A stretch of DNA of 64,000 nt from positions 38,101 through 102,100 of the forward strand of contig JBEQAR010000002.1 of NCBI GenBank assembly GCA_041640295.1, written 5' to 3'. Made by a program: the position numbers and the translations under genes. Within the stretch, counting starts at the first letter, position 1, and every line of letters begins with the position of its first letter. This document shows positions 40,918-50,911 of this stretch, piece after piece. The notes below the pieces were generated by a model. That model saw only the letters and a program-made list of their open reading frames with translations. It was not told where the DNA came from and ran no database searches. This DNA comes from a bacterium. GTDB lineage: Bacteria; Patescibacteriota; Minisyncoccia; UBA6257; HR35.

Positions 40918-42180
40918 ATGAAATCCTACTATAAAAATTTAAAACTATTTTTAATATTCTTAGATATTTTGCTTTTTTATCTATCTCTTTTTATTTTCCT
41001 TTATTTAAGATATGGTTTAGAAAAAAATTTTGTTCGCGATCACTTGTTTGGTTTTAGTATTATTTTACCATTCTGGTTAATTGCCTTTTATTCACAAAAT
41101 TTTTATTCCTTTAATATTTTTAAAAATAAATTCTCTTTAAGAATAATTAAAGCCTTTAGCATTGGTTTTATTATTTCTATTGTTTTTTTCTATTTTTTAC
41201 CTCAACTTAAAATATCACCAAAAACAAATTTGATTATTTTCTCAATTATTTATTTAGCTAATTTTATTATTTTCAGAAACTTGATAGAAAATAATTTAGC
41301 CAGAAAGAAAAAATTTAAAATTTTAGTAATAATTCCTAAAAATTTTGTTGATAAATTTATTAATGATTTTAAAGATTTTAGTTTTTATCAATTTACTATT
41401 GCCGAGGAGAATTTGCTCTATAATTACAATGAATTCGATGCTATTGTGATTAGCCAAAAAATTAAAAACGAAGAGCTGATTAATTACATTATAAAAAAAA
41501 TCAACTATCAAGTGCCAATTATTGAATTAATTGAGTTTTACGAAAAAAATCTAAACCGCATTCCCTTAGAAGAAATTAATGAATATTGGATTTTGAAAGA
41601 AATTATTAATCCCGAATTGGGCTTTCAATTATTAATAAAAAGAGCTTTCGATATCTTGTTAAGCTTATTAATAGGATTAGTCAGTTTACCTTTCTTACCA
41701 TTAATTGCTTTGGGGATTTATCTTAATTCTCCTGGACCGATAATTTTTAAACAAAAAAGAATCGGTAAAAATAATAAAGAATTTATTATTTATAAATTCA
41801 GAACTATGAAAAACTTAACTGATCCCGGAATTTGGGAAAAAGAAAAAGATGAAAGAATATTTTTCTTTGGCAAAATTTTAAGAAAGTTACATTTAGATGA
41901 AATACCTCAGATAATTAATGTTTTGAAGGGCGATTTATCTTTTATTGGACCTCGTCCTGAACAAGTAAATATAGTTAAAGAATTAGAGAAACAAATACCA
42001 TTTTATAATATTAGACATATAGTTTTGCCAGGTATTACTGGCTGGACACAGGTTAATTATAAAAAACCATACAATTTAGAAGAAACCAAAATTAAACTTG
42101 AATATGATTTTTATTATTTAAAGAATAGAAATTTCTTTTTAGATTTAATAATATTTTTTAAAACTATATTTAATATTTAA
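40918..42180 (+). CDS. Polyprenyl glycosylphosphotransferase (WbaP/WcaJ-like sugar transferase)
   Basis: KRAFDI, KFRTM, LDEIPQ, GPRPE, PGITGWTQV. Confidence 0.93.
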   Translation: MKSYYKNLKLFLIFLDILLFYLSLFIFLYLRYGLEKNFVRDHLFGFSIILPFWLIAFYSQNFYSFNIFKNKFSLRIIKAFSIGFIISIVFFYFLPQLKISPKTNLIIFSIIYLANFIIFRNLIENNLARKKKFKILVIIPKNFVDKFINDFKDFSFYQFTIAEENLLYNYNEFDAIVISQKIKNEELINYIIKKINYQVPIIELIEFYEKNLNRIPLEEINEYWILKEIINPELGFQLLIKRAFDILLSLLIGLVSLPFLPLIALGIYLNSPGPIIFKQKRIGKNNKEFIIYKFRTMKNLTDPGIWEKEKDERIFFFGKILRKLHLDEIPQIINVLKGDLSFIGPRPEQVNIVKELEKQIPFYNIRHIVLPGITGWTQVNYKKPYNLEETKIKLEYDFYYLKNRNFFLDLIIFFKTIFNI

Positions 42181-43895
42181 AAGTCATAATCATCAAACTT
42201 TATCTCCTCAAAATATTTCAAATTCTCTAATAATTTTTTTAAATTAAGATAATTTTTCGATTTGATTAAAAGATACATTTGATATCTTTTCTTAATTTTA
42301 AAAATCCTTTCTAAAAAAGGCCCGGTGATTTCTATTTCTTCTTTTTCAAAAAGAATTCTTTTTTTAAGCTCTTCTTTCAAATTAATCAATCTTCTATTTA
42401 ATTCTTGTAAATTACTAAGACGAGAAACTATTTTTATTTGATAATAAAATGGTGGCAGTTTGTTTATTGCTCTTTCCTCAATAATATCTTTAATAATTAA
42501 ACCAGCTCTAATTTTTTCTAATAATTGAGTGTTCAATCGGCTATGAAAGAAAAGATTTTTTGATGTTTCTTTCAAACAATGGGCTAATCTGATATACTTT
42601 TCTTTAAGAAAAATATTTTCTGAAAAAAAACCGATATCAAAATTAATAAAAAAAGAATTAGCTGTAGGTAAATGAAGAATATGCCAATCTCCCAGGATTA
42701 TACACCCATTTTCTATTTTTTTATTTATTTTCTTTAGATCTCTTTTTTGATTAATTTCATAAACCTGAAACCCTTTATTGATTAAGAAATTTCTTAACCA
42801 TTGTTTACCTATGCTTTTAATTGACAAATCATTTTTCTGACAATTAGGGCAAATATTAATCAATGGGTAGTCTTTATGACATTGATAACAAAATAGTTTA
42901 TCTTCAAAAATTGTTAAATAAGATCCGCAATGAGAACACTCAAATTGATAATAACAATTTAAACAAATTAATTTTCTACCTAAACTTTTTTGAAGAATAA
43001 ATATTTTATTAGTAGTCTTGGGGTTGATTAATCTAATTAGAGATGAAAAATCTTTAAAGGTGGAAAAATCTAATTGAGGTAAACTAATATTTTTTTGATT
43101 AAGATAGATATTTAAACTATAAAAGTTATCAACATAAACTAACTTACATTTAAATAATTTAGCATAATCTTCAATAATTTCTAAATAGTTTATTTTCGGA
43201 ATTTTAAAAAACTCTCGATAAAAAAGACTTCCTTCTTTAATAACTACAATGACCTCAATATTCACCCAAGGTAAAAAAATTATTTTTTTATTTCCTATAA
43301 AAACATTTTTTTCGTTAGAAAGAATATCATTTAAATAACGAGGAATATTTTTCAAGTCTTTTAAGTAAATTAAATTTTCTATATTATTTTTTAGTTTTGA
43401 ATACCAAATCTCCGAATCTGCTAATGTGGGGCAAACAATTAATGTTTTTTTATTCTTAATTAACTCAAAAGGAAATTCATTTTTAACTATTAAAGAAAAA
43501 TTTTCTTTTTTGTTAATAATTTTATCAGGAAGAGAAAAATTAAAATTAAAATTTTTGTAAAAATTTAAAAAAAGATAAAAAGCGTGAGAAAGAGATAAAT
43601 AATACCTCCGGCTTAACTTAAAGGCTAATTTTTTTTGATATTCTGTTAGGGGTGTATTTTCAGTTAATACTTTCTTAATCGGTTTTATTTGATAATCTAA
43701 ATTCTTTATAAAATATTTTAAGTCTCTTACTTGTTCTAAATCTAAAACATAGCCAATTTGTTCTTTTTTTTGAAAATCAATTTTTACCAAACTACCAACC
43801 TTAATTTTTTCATTATAAAAATATAGAAAATAATCAGGAGAATTTGGTGGTAATGGTTGAATCGGGATAACTTTTATAATATAATTTCTTTCCAT
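42177..43895 (-). CDS. priA: Primosomal protein N' (degenerate helicase core)
   Basis: N-terminal 3'-binding-like domain, four CxxC pairs, C-terminal LPPF and GP motifs; no Walker A or DExH. Confidence 0.8.
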   Translation of the reverse strand: MERNYIIKVIPIQPLPPNSPDYFLYFYNEKIKVGSLVKIDFQKKEQIGYVLDLEQVRDLKYFIKNLDYQIKPIKKVLTENTPLTEYQKKLAFKLSRRYYLSLSHAFYLFLNFYKNFNFNFSLPDKIINKKENFSLIVKNEFPFELIKNKKTLIVCPTLADSEIWYSKLKNNIENLIYLKDLKNIPRYLNDILSNEKNVFIGNKKIIFLPWVNIEVIVVIKEGSLFYREFFKIPKINYLEIIEDYAKLFKCKLVYVDNFYSLNIYLNQKNISLPQLDFSTFKDFSSLIRLINPKTTNKIFILQKSLGRKLICLNCYYQFECSHCGSYLTIFEDKLFCYQCHKDYPLINICPNCQKNDLSIKSIGKQWLRNFLINKGFQVYEINQKRDLKKINKKIENGCIILGDWHILHLPTANSFFINFDIGFFSENIFLKEKYIRLAHCLKETSKNLFFHSRLNTQLLEKIRAGLIIKDIIEERAINKLPPFYYQIKIVSRLSNLQELNRRLINLKEELKKRILFEKEEIEITGPFLERIFKIKKRYQMYLLIKSKNYLNLKKLLENLKYFEEIKFDDYDF

Positions 43896-43920
43896 TATTT
43901 GTTAAAATTTTAAATGAGAA

Positions 43921-44925
43921 ATGCTTATTAAGATAGGAATAGATTTAGGTACAGCTAATACTACCGTTTATTTACCAAATAAAGGTATTGTTTTAACTGA
44001 ACCCACAGTAGTAGCGGTTGATGAATTGACTAAAAAAATTTTAGCTGTTGGGCAAGAAGCCAAAGAAATGATTGGCAAAACCCCTGGCGACATTAAAATC
44101 TACCGGCCATTAAGAGAAGGGGTCATTGCTGATTATAAATCAACCTTAGCTATTTTGAGGTATTTTTTAAATAAAGCTAAAATCCCTAAATTATTTAAAC
44201 CATTATTAATAATTTCTGTTCCTGCTGGTATTTCTTCTACTGAAAAAAAGGCAGTTATTGATGCAGCAATAGAAGCTGGAGCCAAAGAAGTTTATCCAAT
44301 TCGAGAACCACTTTTAGCAGCCTTAGGAGCTGATTTGCCAATAAATTCCTCTTCAGGCCATATGATTGTCAATATCGGTGGAGGAACTACGGAAATTGCA
44401 GTTATTTCTTTAGGAGGAATAGTTAGTTGGGATTCAATTAGAATTGCTGGCGATAAATTTGATGAATCAATAAGAGATTATTTAAGAAGAAAGTTTAATT
44501 TAGCGGTTGGTGAAAAAACAGCCGAATTAGTTAAAATCCAAGTTGGAGCAGCAGTAGTTAATAAAAATAATAATTTAGAAATGAATGTTAATGGTATTAA
44601 TATATTAACTGGTTTACCAGAAACCATTAAAATTTCTTCTGCCCATATTGTTGAAGCCCTTCAGAGAGATTTAAGAGAGATTATTATCGGTATAAAAAAA
44701 GTTTTAGCCAATACTCAACCAGAATTGGTGGCTGATATTATGGAAAAAGGAATTATTCTTTCCGGTGGTGGTGCACTTTTAAGAAATTTAGATCAATTAA
44801 TTTATGAGCAGACTGGAGTAGCGACTTTTGTTGCCGAAGATCCTCTTTATTGTGTTGCGCGCGGTACAGGTAAAATAATTGAAAAATTGGATACTTATCG
44901 AAGAATATTAATTGCTCATAAATGA
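43921..44925 (+). CDS. mreB: Rod shape-determining protein MreB, paralog 1
   Basis: IDLGTANT, IGGGTTE, SGGGALL. Confidence 0.95.
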   Translation: MLIKIGIDLGTANTTVYLPNKGIVLTEPTVVAVDELTKKILAVGQEAKEMIGKTPGDIKIYRPLREGVIADYKSTLAILRYFLNKAKIPKLFKPLLIISVPAGISSTEKKAVIDAAIEAGAKEVYPIREPLLAALGADLPINSSSGHMIVNIGGGTTEIAVISLGGIVSWDSIRIAGDKFDESIRDYLRRKFNLAVGEKTAELVKIQVGAAVVNKNNNLEMNVNGINILTGLPETIKISSAHIVEALQRDLREIIIGIKKVLANTQPELVADIMEKGIILSGGGALLRNLDQLIYEQTGVATFVAEDPLYCVARGTGKIIEKLDTYRRILIAHK

Positions 44926-45710
44926 TTATTGGCCATCAATTACAAAAAGAAATTATCAATAAGATTTTACAAAACTATAATCAGGGATTATTTTTGCTTT
45001 TTGGTCCCGAAGCGGTTGGTAAGTTTTATCTTTTAAAAAGTTTGACAGAAAAATTTAAACCACTGATTTTTAATTCTGACGAAACTATCTTAAAAATTAA
45101 AACTTCAGAATTAATTCAAAAAATATTATTATTAAAAAGTAAAGAAAAGCAAATTATTATTGTTAATGATTGTCATAAATTTAATAAAGAAGCTCAAAAT
45201 AAATTATTAAAAATTTTAGAAGAAATACCATCACAATCTTTAGTTTTTTTAATTTCTCATAAGCTATTTAAAATTTTGCCAACTATTCGTTCTCGAGCAC
45301 AAAAAATAAGATTCTCTTTAGTTGATAATGACGAAATTAGAAATTTTCTTATTAAAAATTACCCCAGCGCTGATGTTAATTTCCTTTTAAAAATTTTTCC
45401 GGGTCAAATTGGTAAAATAGTTTATTTTCTTAACAATAAAGAAAAATTTAAGACTATCCAAAAAATTATTATCAGCAATGATTTATTTGAAAAATTTCAA
45501 TTATTTTATAAAATTGAAAAAGAAATTACTTTAGAAGAATTAATTTACTATTTTATAATTTACGAGCGGGATAATTTAATCAAAAAGAATAAAGAATCAT
45601 TAAAAAAATTAAGATATTTGTTGTCTTTACACGAAGATAGTAGTTATTTTTTAAACAAAGAAATGCAGTTTGCTAATATTGTCTTAAATATTTATGGGGC
45701 GGGCATTTAA
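44922..45710 (+). CDS. holB: DNA polymerase III delta-prime subunit-like
   Basis: IIGH, GPEAVGK, AQNKLLKILEE, LPTIRSR. Confidence 0.85.
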   Translation: MIIGHQLQKEIINKILQNYNQGLFLLFGPEAVGKFYLLKSLTEKFKPLIFNSDETILKIKTSELIQKILLLKSKEKQIIIVNDCHKFNKEAQNKLLKILEEIPSQSLVFLISHKLFKILPTIRSRAQKIRFSLVDNDEIRNFLIKNYPSADVNFLLKIFPGQIGKIVYFLNNKEKFKTIQKIIISNDLFEKFQLFYKIEKEITLEELIYYFIIYERDNLIKKNKESLKKLRYLLSLHEDSSYFLNKEMQFANIVLNIYGAGI

Positions 45711-45852
45711 TTTTATCAAAATTATATTTTTTTTTATTGCTTTTGTTTATTTAATAGGTTTTGCTATTACTGATGAATTTTTAAGAAAATTTATTAATGA
45801 AGCAGGTTCGAAATTAGCTCCTTACGGTATCGAAATTTTACACTTAAGATGA
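45694..45852 (+). CDS. Small single-TM protein (52 aa)
   Basis: MGRAFNFIKIIFFFIAFVYLIG...; fills the holB-frr gap with ATGA overlap to frr. Confidence 0.5.
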   Translation: MGRAFNFIKIIFFFIAFVYLIGFAITDEFLRKFINEAGSKLAPYGIEILHLR

Positions 45853-46391
45853 TTGACAATTTTTTAAAAAATTTAAATAGCTTATTAAGAGAATTTGAAG
45901 AGAAATTAAAAAGCATCCGTAGTTATAAATTTGCTCTTCATTGGTTAGAAAATGTCGAAATTAATGCTTATGGTAAAAAATACGAATTAAAATCTTTAGC
46001 AAGTATTAGCCAGTTAGATTATGCAAAATTCAAATTAGTTTTATGGGATGCTAATATTATTAATGATGTTGAAAGAGATTTAAGAAAAACAAATTTCGGT
46101 GGTAGCATTAATCGAGAAAAAGATAGTTTGATAGTAACCTTTCCCCCAATTACTGAAGAAACTAAAAAAAATTTATTAAAAACCTTAGGACAACTTAAAG
46201 AAGAATTTAGAATTAAAATTAGGGTTTTAAGAGACGAAGCATTAAAGGAGTTAAAAAAAAATAAAGAAGAGAAAAAAATTAGCGAGGATATGTTTTATAA
46301 AAATAAAGAAAAAATAGATCAAGAGGTCGAAAAAGCTAATAAAAAAATTGAAGAATTATTTAAAAATAAAGAAAAAGAAATTTTATCTTAA
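45849..46391 (+). CDS. frr: Ribosome recycling factor
   Basis: P.ITEE.KK...IRVLRD...ISED...KEKEIL. Confidence 0.9.
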   Translation: MIDNFLKNLNSLLREFEEKLKSIRSYKFALHWLENVEINAYGKKYELKSLASISQLDYAKFKLVLWDANIINDVERDLRKTNFGGSINREKDSLIVTFPPITEETKKNLLKTLGQLKEEFRIKIRVLRDEALKELKKNKEEKKISEDMFYKNKEKIDQEVEKANKKIEELFKNKEKEILS

Positions 46392-46393
46392 AA

Positions 46394-47458
46394 ATGATCA
46401 TTATTAATATTCTTCTTTTTTTAATTGTTTTAGGTGTTTTAATTTTTATTCACGAACTTGGTCATTTTTTGGTAGCTAAGAAATTAAAAGTTCCTGTTGA
46501 AGAATTTGCTATAGGGTTTCCACCAAGATTATTTAGAAGAAAAATTGGTGAAACAGTTTATAGCCTAAATTTATTTTTTTTTGGTGGTTATGTTAAATTA
46601 AGAGGGGAGTTAGATGCTAATGATCCTGAAGGTTTTTTAAACAAACCAAGCTGGATCAAAATTTTAGTTGTTTTAGCTGGTGTATTTTTTAATTTAATTT
46701 TAGCTTATTTTCTATTTTCTTTTGGTTATTTAATTGGTTTACCCGAATATTCAGCTAATTCCTCTAAGGTTTCTATTATTCAAGTTGTGAACAACAGCGT
46801 TGCCGAAAAAGCAGGATTAAAAATGTTAGACAAATTAATTTATCTTAAAGATCAAAATAATAATGTTATTTACCTGAAAAATGCTCAAGAGGTAAGAAAT
46901 ATTATTGAAAACTATCGAGGTCAAGAAATTATTTTAGGTATAGAAAGGGGTAAAGAAAGTTTTGAAATAAAATTAATTCCTGAAAGCAATAAAAATCTTC
47001 CACCCCTAGGAGTTCAGTTAAGCCATTTAGAGTTAGTTAAATATTCATTTCCGGCAAATTTCTATTTTGGTTTTATTAAGATTAAAGATTCACTTTTAGC
47101 AATATCAGAAGGTTTAAAAGATTTTTTTATTAAAATATTTAAAGGAGAAAAAGAAGTTATTAATCAAGTTGTTGGTCCTTTAGGAATTTTTGATATTTAT
47201 AATCAATTTTTGGCTCTTGGTTTTAATTATTTATTATATTTTCTTGCTTTCATTTCGTTAAATTTAGCTGTTTTAAATATCTTACCTATTCCTGCTCTTG
47301 ATGGCGGAAGATTTATTTTTTATTTTTATGAGTTTATTACCAGAAAGAGAGTACCAGCTTCTCTCGATAATTTGATCAATATTATTGGTTTTCTATTTCT
47401 TTTGTTATTGACCATTGTTATTACTATTAAAGATATTCTTGTAAAGTTGAATAGATAA
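46394..47458 (+). CDS. rseP: RseP-like site-2 protease with PDZ domain
   Basis: HELGH and NILPIPALDGG. Confidence 0.93.
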   Translation: MIIINILLFLIVLGVLIFIHELGHFLVAKKLKVPVEEFAIGFPPRLFRRKIGETVYSLNLFFFGGYVKLRGELDANDPEGFLNKPSWIKILVVLAGVFFNLILAYFLFSFGYLIGLPEYSANSSKVSIIQVVNNSVAEKAGLKMLDKLIYLKDQNNNVIYLKNAQEVRNIIENYRGQEIILGIERGKESFEIKLIPESNKNLPPLGVQLSHLELVKYSFPANFYFGFIKIKDSLLAISEGLKDFFIKIFKGEKEVINQVVGPLGIFDIYNQFLALGFNYLLYFLAFISLNLAVLNILPIPALDGGRFIFYFYEFITRKRVPASLDNLINIIGFLFLLLLTIVITIKDILVKLNR

Positions 47459-48702
47459 TGAGACAATCGCAACTTTTTTATAAAACTTATAAAAATTTAA
47501 CTCAAGAAGAAGAAGCTAAAAATGCTCAATTGCTAATAAGGGCTGGTTATATTGAAAAAATAAGTGCTGGTATTTATAATTTTTTACCCTTAGGATTTTT
47601 AGTTTTAGAAAAAATCAAAAAAATTATTAGGGAAGAATTAAATAAATTAAACTGCCAAGAATTATTATTAGCCAATCTTCATCCTAAAGAATATTGGCAG
47701 ATAACAGGTCGCTGGTCAAAATTTGATGTTTTGTTTAAAATAAAAAGCCAATTAGGTCAGGAATATAGTTTAGCGCCAACTCATGAAGAAGTTATTTTTC
47801 CGTTAGTAAAAAAAATTATTCATTCTTATAGAGACTTACCTATCGCTCTTTATCAAATTCATTCTAAATATCGAGATGAATTAAGAGCAAAATCGGGTTT
47901 ATTAAGAAACAAAGAATTTATTATGAAGGATTTATATAGTTTCCATATTAATCATAGCGATTTAGAAAATTTTAAAAAAGAAGTAGAAAAAACCTATCTT
48001 AAAATTTTTAAAAGATGTGGCTTAAAAGCTATTCCAACCTTAGCCAGCGGTGGAAGTTTTTCTAAGTTTTCTTTAGAATTTCAAGTTATTACTCCAGCTG
48101 GGGAAGATACGATTTTCTATTGTTATCAATGTCAACAAGCTTGGAATAAAGAAATTTTAAATCAAAAAAAATGTCCTCAATGTCAAAATGATTTAGAAGT
48201 TTTTAAAAGTATTGAAGTAGGTAACACTTTTAATTTGGGTACTAAGTTTTCTAAATCATTTAATGTTTATTTTCTTGATAAGAATAATAATAAGAATTAT
48301 GTTTGGGCTGGTTGTTATGGAATTGGTATTACCAGGCTTTTGGGGGCGATCGTTGAAATTAATAATGATGATTTTGGCATAATTTGGCCTAAAGAAGTTA
48401 GTCCTTTTGATGTTCATTTAATTCTTTTCCAATACAACAAAAATGAAACTGATAAAAAATTAAAAAAATTATCTGAAAATGTATATCAATTTTTAATGGA
48501 TAACAAAATTGAGGTGCTTTTTGACGATCGCTTAAATATCTCAAATGGTCAGAAATTAATCGAAAGTGATTTAATTGGTATTCCACATCAAATTATTATT
48601 GGCGAAAATAGTTTAAAGAATAATTTATTAGAAGTAAAGATTAGAAAAAAGAGAAAATCATTTAAAATAAGTAAAAATAATTTATTAAAATGGTTAAAAT
48701 AA
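47458..48702 (+). CDS. proS: Prolyl-tRNA synthetase (short form)
   Basis: LAPTHEE, YRDELR, EVGNTF.LG, GCYGIGITR. Confidence 0.96.
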   Translation: MRQSQLFYKTYKNLTQEEEAKNAQLLIRAGYIEKISAGIYNFLPLGFLVLEKIKKIIREELNKLNCQELLLANLHPKEYWQITGRWSKFDVLFKIKSQLGQEYSLAPTHEEVIFPLVKKIIHSYRDLPIALYQIHSKYRDELRAKSGLLRNKEFIMKDLYSFHINHSDLENFKKEVEKTYLKIFKRCGLKAIPTLASGGSFSKFSLEFQVITPAGEDTIFYCYQCQQAWNKEILNQKKCPQCQNDLEVFKSIEVGNTFNLGTKFSKSFNVYFLDKNNNKNYVWAGCYGIGITRLLGAIVEINNDDFGIIWPKEVSPFDVHLILFQYNKNETDKKLKKLSENVYQFLMDNKIEVLFDDRLNISNGQKLIESDLIGIPHQIIIGENSLKNNLLEVKIRKKRKSFKISKNNLLKWLK

Positions 48703-49703
48703 TAAAACAACTTGAATTAGGTATTGATTTAGGAACATCAAATACTTTAGTTTATTTGAAGAATAAAGGAATAATTTTTGATGAACCATCTTATATTGTT
48801 TTTGATAAGAGAAATTTAAGTATTGTTGCCATTGGCCATGAAGCAAAAAAAATGTTGGGTAGAGTGCCTAATTATTTGAATGTTGTTAAGCCAATTAATT
48901 TTGGTGTGGTAACTGATTTTGAAGCTACCGCCAGTTATTTAAGTAAAATTTTTGAAATGTTAAATAAAGAATATTTCTCTCTTTTTAAACCTAAAGCTAT
49001 TATCGGCGTGCCTTTAAATTTGACTGAAGTTCAAATAAGGGGAGTTGTTGATGCTGGCTTGTCGGCTGGTTTTAAGGAAGTTTATACTATTGAACAACCA
49101 ATTGCAGCTGCTTTGGGTGGAAATCTAAATATTGACGAGGCTAAGGGACTAATGATTATTGATATTGGTGGTGGAACTACCGAAATTTCAGTCATCTCAT
49201 TAGGTGGAGTAGTGGTAGGTAAAAGTATAAAAATTGCTGGCGATAGATTTAATTCTAATTTTCTTAATTATATTAGGCTTAAATATAATCTTATAGTCGG
49301 TGAAAGTCAAATTGAGGAAGCAAAAATTAAAATCGGCTCAATTATTGGTAAAAATAATTTAATATCTCTTAAGGGGCGCGATGCATTAACCACCCTACCT
49401 AAAGAAATAACTGTTTCCAGTTTAGATTTAAGAGAATCATTAACTTCCATTTTAAATGATTTAGTTTACGAGATAAAAGATATTCTTAACATTACGCCAG
49501 CAGAATTGATAGGAGATATTGTTGCTAATGGTATTTATTTAACGGGTGGAGGAAGTTTAATTGATGGCTTAGCAGAGTTTTTAGAAAAAGAATTAAATGT
49601 CAAAATTAATAAACTTGACAATCCGCTCCATTCAGTTGTTTTGGGCTTAGGAAAAATTATCGAGAACTTTAATTACTATAAAAAGTTTTGCTATACTTAT
49701 TAA
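48690..49703 (+). CDS. mreB: Rod shape-determining protein MreB, paralog 2
   Basis: IDLGTSNT, DIGGGTTE, TGGGSL; upstream of mreC. Confidence 0.94.
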   Translation: MVKIIKQLELGIDLGTSNTLVYLKNKGIIFDEPSYIVFDKRNLSIVAIGHEAKKMLGRVPNYLNVVKPINFGVVTDFEATASYLSKIFEMLNKEYFSLFKPKAIIGVPLNLTEVQIRGVVDAGLSAGFKEVYTIEQPIAAALGGNLNIDEAKGLMIIDIGGGTTEISVISLGGVVVGKSIKIAGDRFNSNFLNYIRLKYNLIVGESQIEEAKIKIGSIIGKNNLISLKGRDALTTLPKEITVSSLDLRESLTSILNDLVYEIKDILNITPAELIGDIVANGIYLTGGGSLIDGLAEFLEKELNVKINKLDNPLHSVVLGLGKIIENFNYYKKFCYTY

Positions 49704-49767
49704 AATTTGATTTGCTCAAAAAATTTTTTATAATAATTTAAGCTAATTAAGCAGAATTTTTTAAATT

Positions 49768-50493
49768 ATGAGATTAGATAAATTTTTTATAATTTTTATC
49801 ATTTTCAGTTTATTATACTTTTCTAATCTCAATTCAGTTTTAGCTAATAATTATGAAAACATTTATATCGCCTCTTTTAATCTACAATTATTTATTAATC
49901 ACTTAAAAAATAAAGTTAAAAACCTATTTTTTTCTGATGATGAAGAGTATAAAGAAAAATACTATCAATTACTAAGAAATTTAGCTCAACTTAAATTAGC
50001 TGAACAAGAAGAAATCTTTAATAAATCATTTGAATTATTAAAGAAAAGATTTCCTAATGCAAAAGAAGCTAAAGTTTTTGCTAATGATTTAGGAATAATT
50101 TATCTTCAAAAGATCGATCAGGTAACTAATAGTGCTTTTGTGGTTGACAATAATTGGTTATTAGTTGGTAAAGTGGTTGAGATATCTAATAATTATTTAA
50201 AGGTTAGATCCTTAAATCATGCTGATTTTCAATTTAATGTTAGTAATAGCAAGGGAGAATTTTTAGGTTTAGCTAAATCAACAGGGTTAAATTATTTAAT
50301 TGTTGATAAAATAGATGCAAATATAAAATTAGAAAAAGGAGATTTGATATTAACAGCTGGTAATGACAATATCTTTCCGCCTGGTTTTTTGGTAGGCGAA
50401 ATAGTTAATATCGAAAATTCTGGTTATTTTAAAAAGATTCAAATATCTCCTTTAGCTAATTTTGGTAGCGAGCGGTTAATCATTCTTCAATGA
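49768..50493 (+). CDS. mreC: Rod shape-determining protein MreC
   Basis: LVGKV, GDLILTAG...FPPGFLVG; gene order. Confidence 0.85.
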   Translation: MRLDKFFIIFIIFSLLYFSNLNSVLANNYENIYIASFNLQLFINHLKNKVKNLFFSDDEEYKEKYYQLLRNLAQLKLAEQEEIFNKSFELLKKRFPNAKEAKVFANDLGIIYLQKIDQVTNSAFVVDNNWLLVGKVVEISNNYLKVRSLNHADFQFNVSNSKGEFLGLAKSTGLNYLIVDKIDANIKLEKGDLILTAGNDNIFPPGFLVGEIVNIENSGYFKKIQISPLANFGSERLIILQ

Positions 50494-50900
50494 TTTATTT
50501 TTTTGTTTTTGTTATTGATTTACTTATTAAATTAATTTTTACTAAACTAATTTTTATTTCTTTAATAGTTGCTTTAATTTTTTTTCTCCATAATAAGTCT
50601 CAGTTTTTACCTATTTATTTTTTTGGATCATTAATTAATGATTGGTTATTAATTTTACCATTTGGTTTTACTGGTTTTTATTTTGGATTAATTTTAATTT
50701 TGATTAAGATCATCAATAAATATTTATCGTTTGAAAAAGAACTAATTATTTATTTAATTTCATTTTTAGCTTTAATTTTATTTTTTTTAGTTTTGTGGTA
50801 TTTGTTTTTTAAGATAAGTTTAAATTTATCATTTTTTATTTTGCTTATAATTAATTATGCTATTTTTTTGATTATTAATCTTCTGTACAAAAATATCTAA
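50490..50900 (+). CDS. mreD: MreD-like membrane protein
   Basis: Hydrophobic ORF with G...D....PFG motif, between mreC and the PBP2 gene. Confidence 0.65.
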   Translation: MIYFFVFVIDLLIKLIFTKLIFISLIVALIFFLHNKSQFLPIYFFGSLINDWLLILPFGFTGFYFGLILILIKIINKYLSFEKELIIYLISFLALILFFLVLWYLFFKISLNLSFFILLIINYAIFLIINLLYKNI

Positions 50901-50911
50901 AATATAAAACA

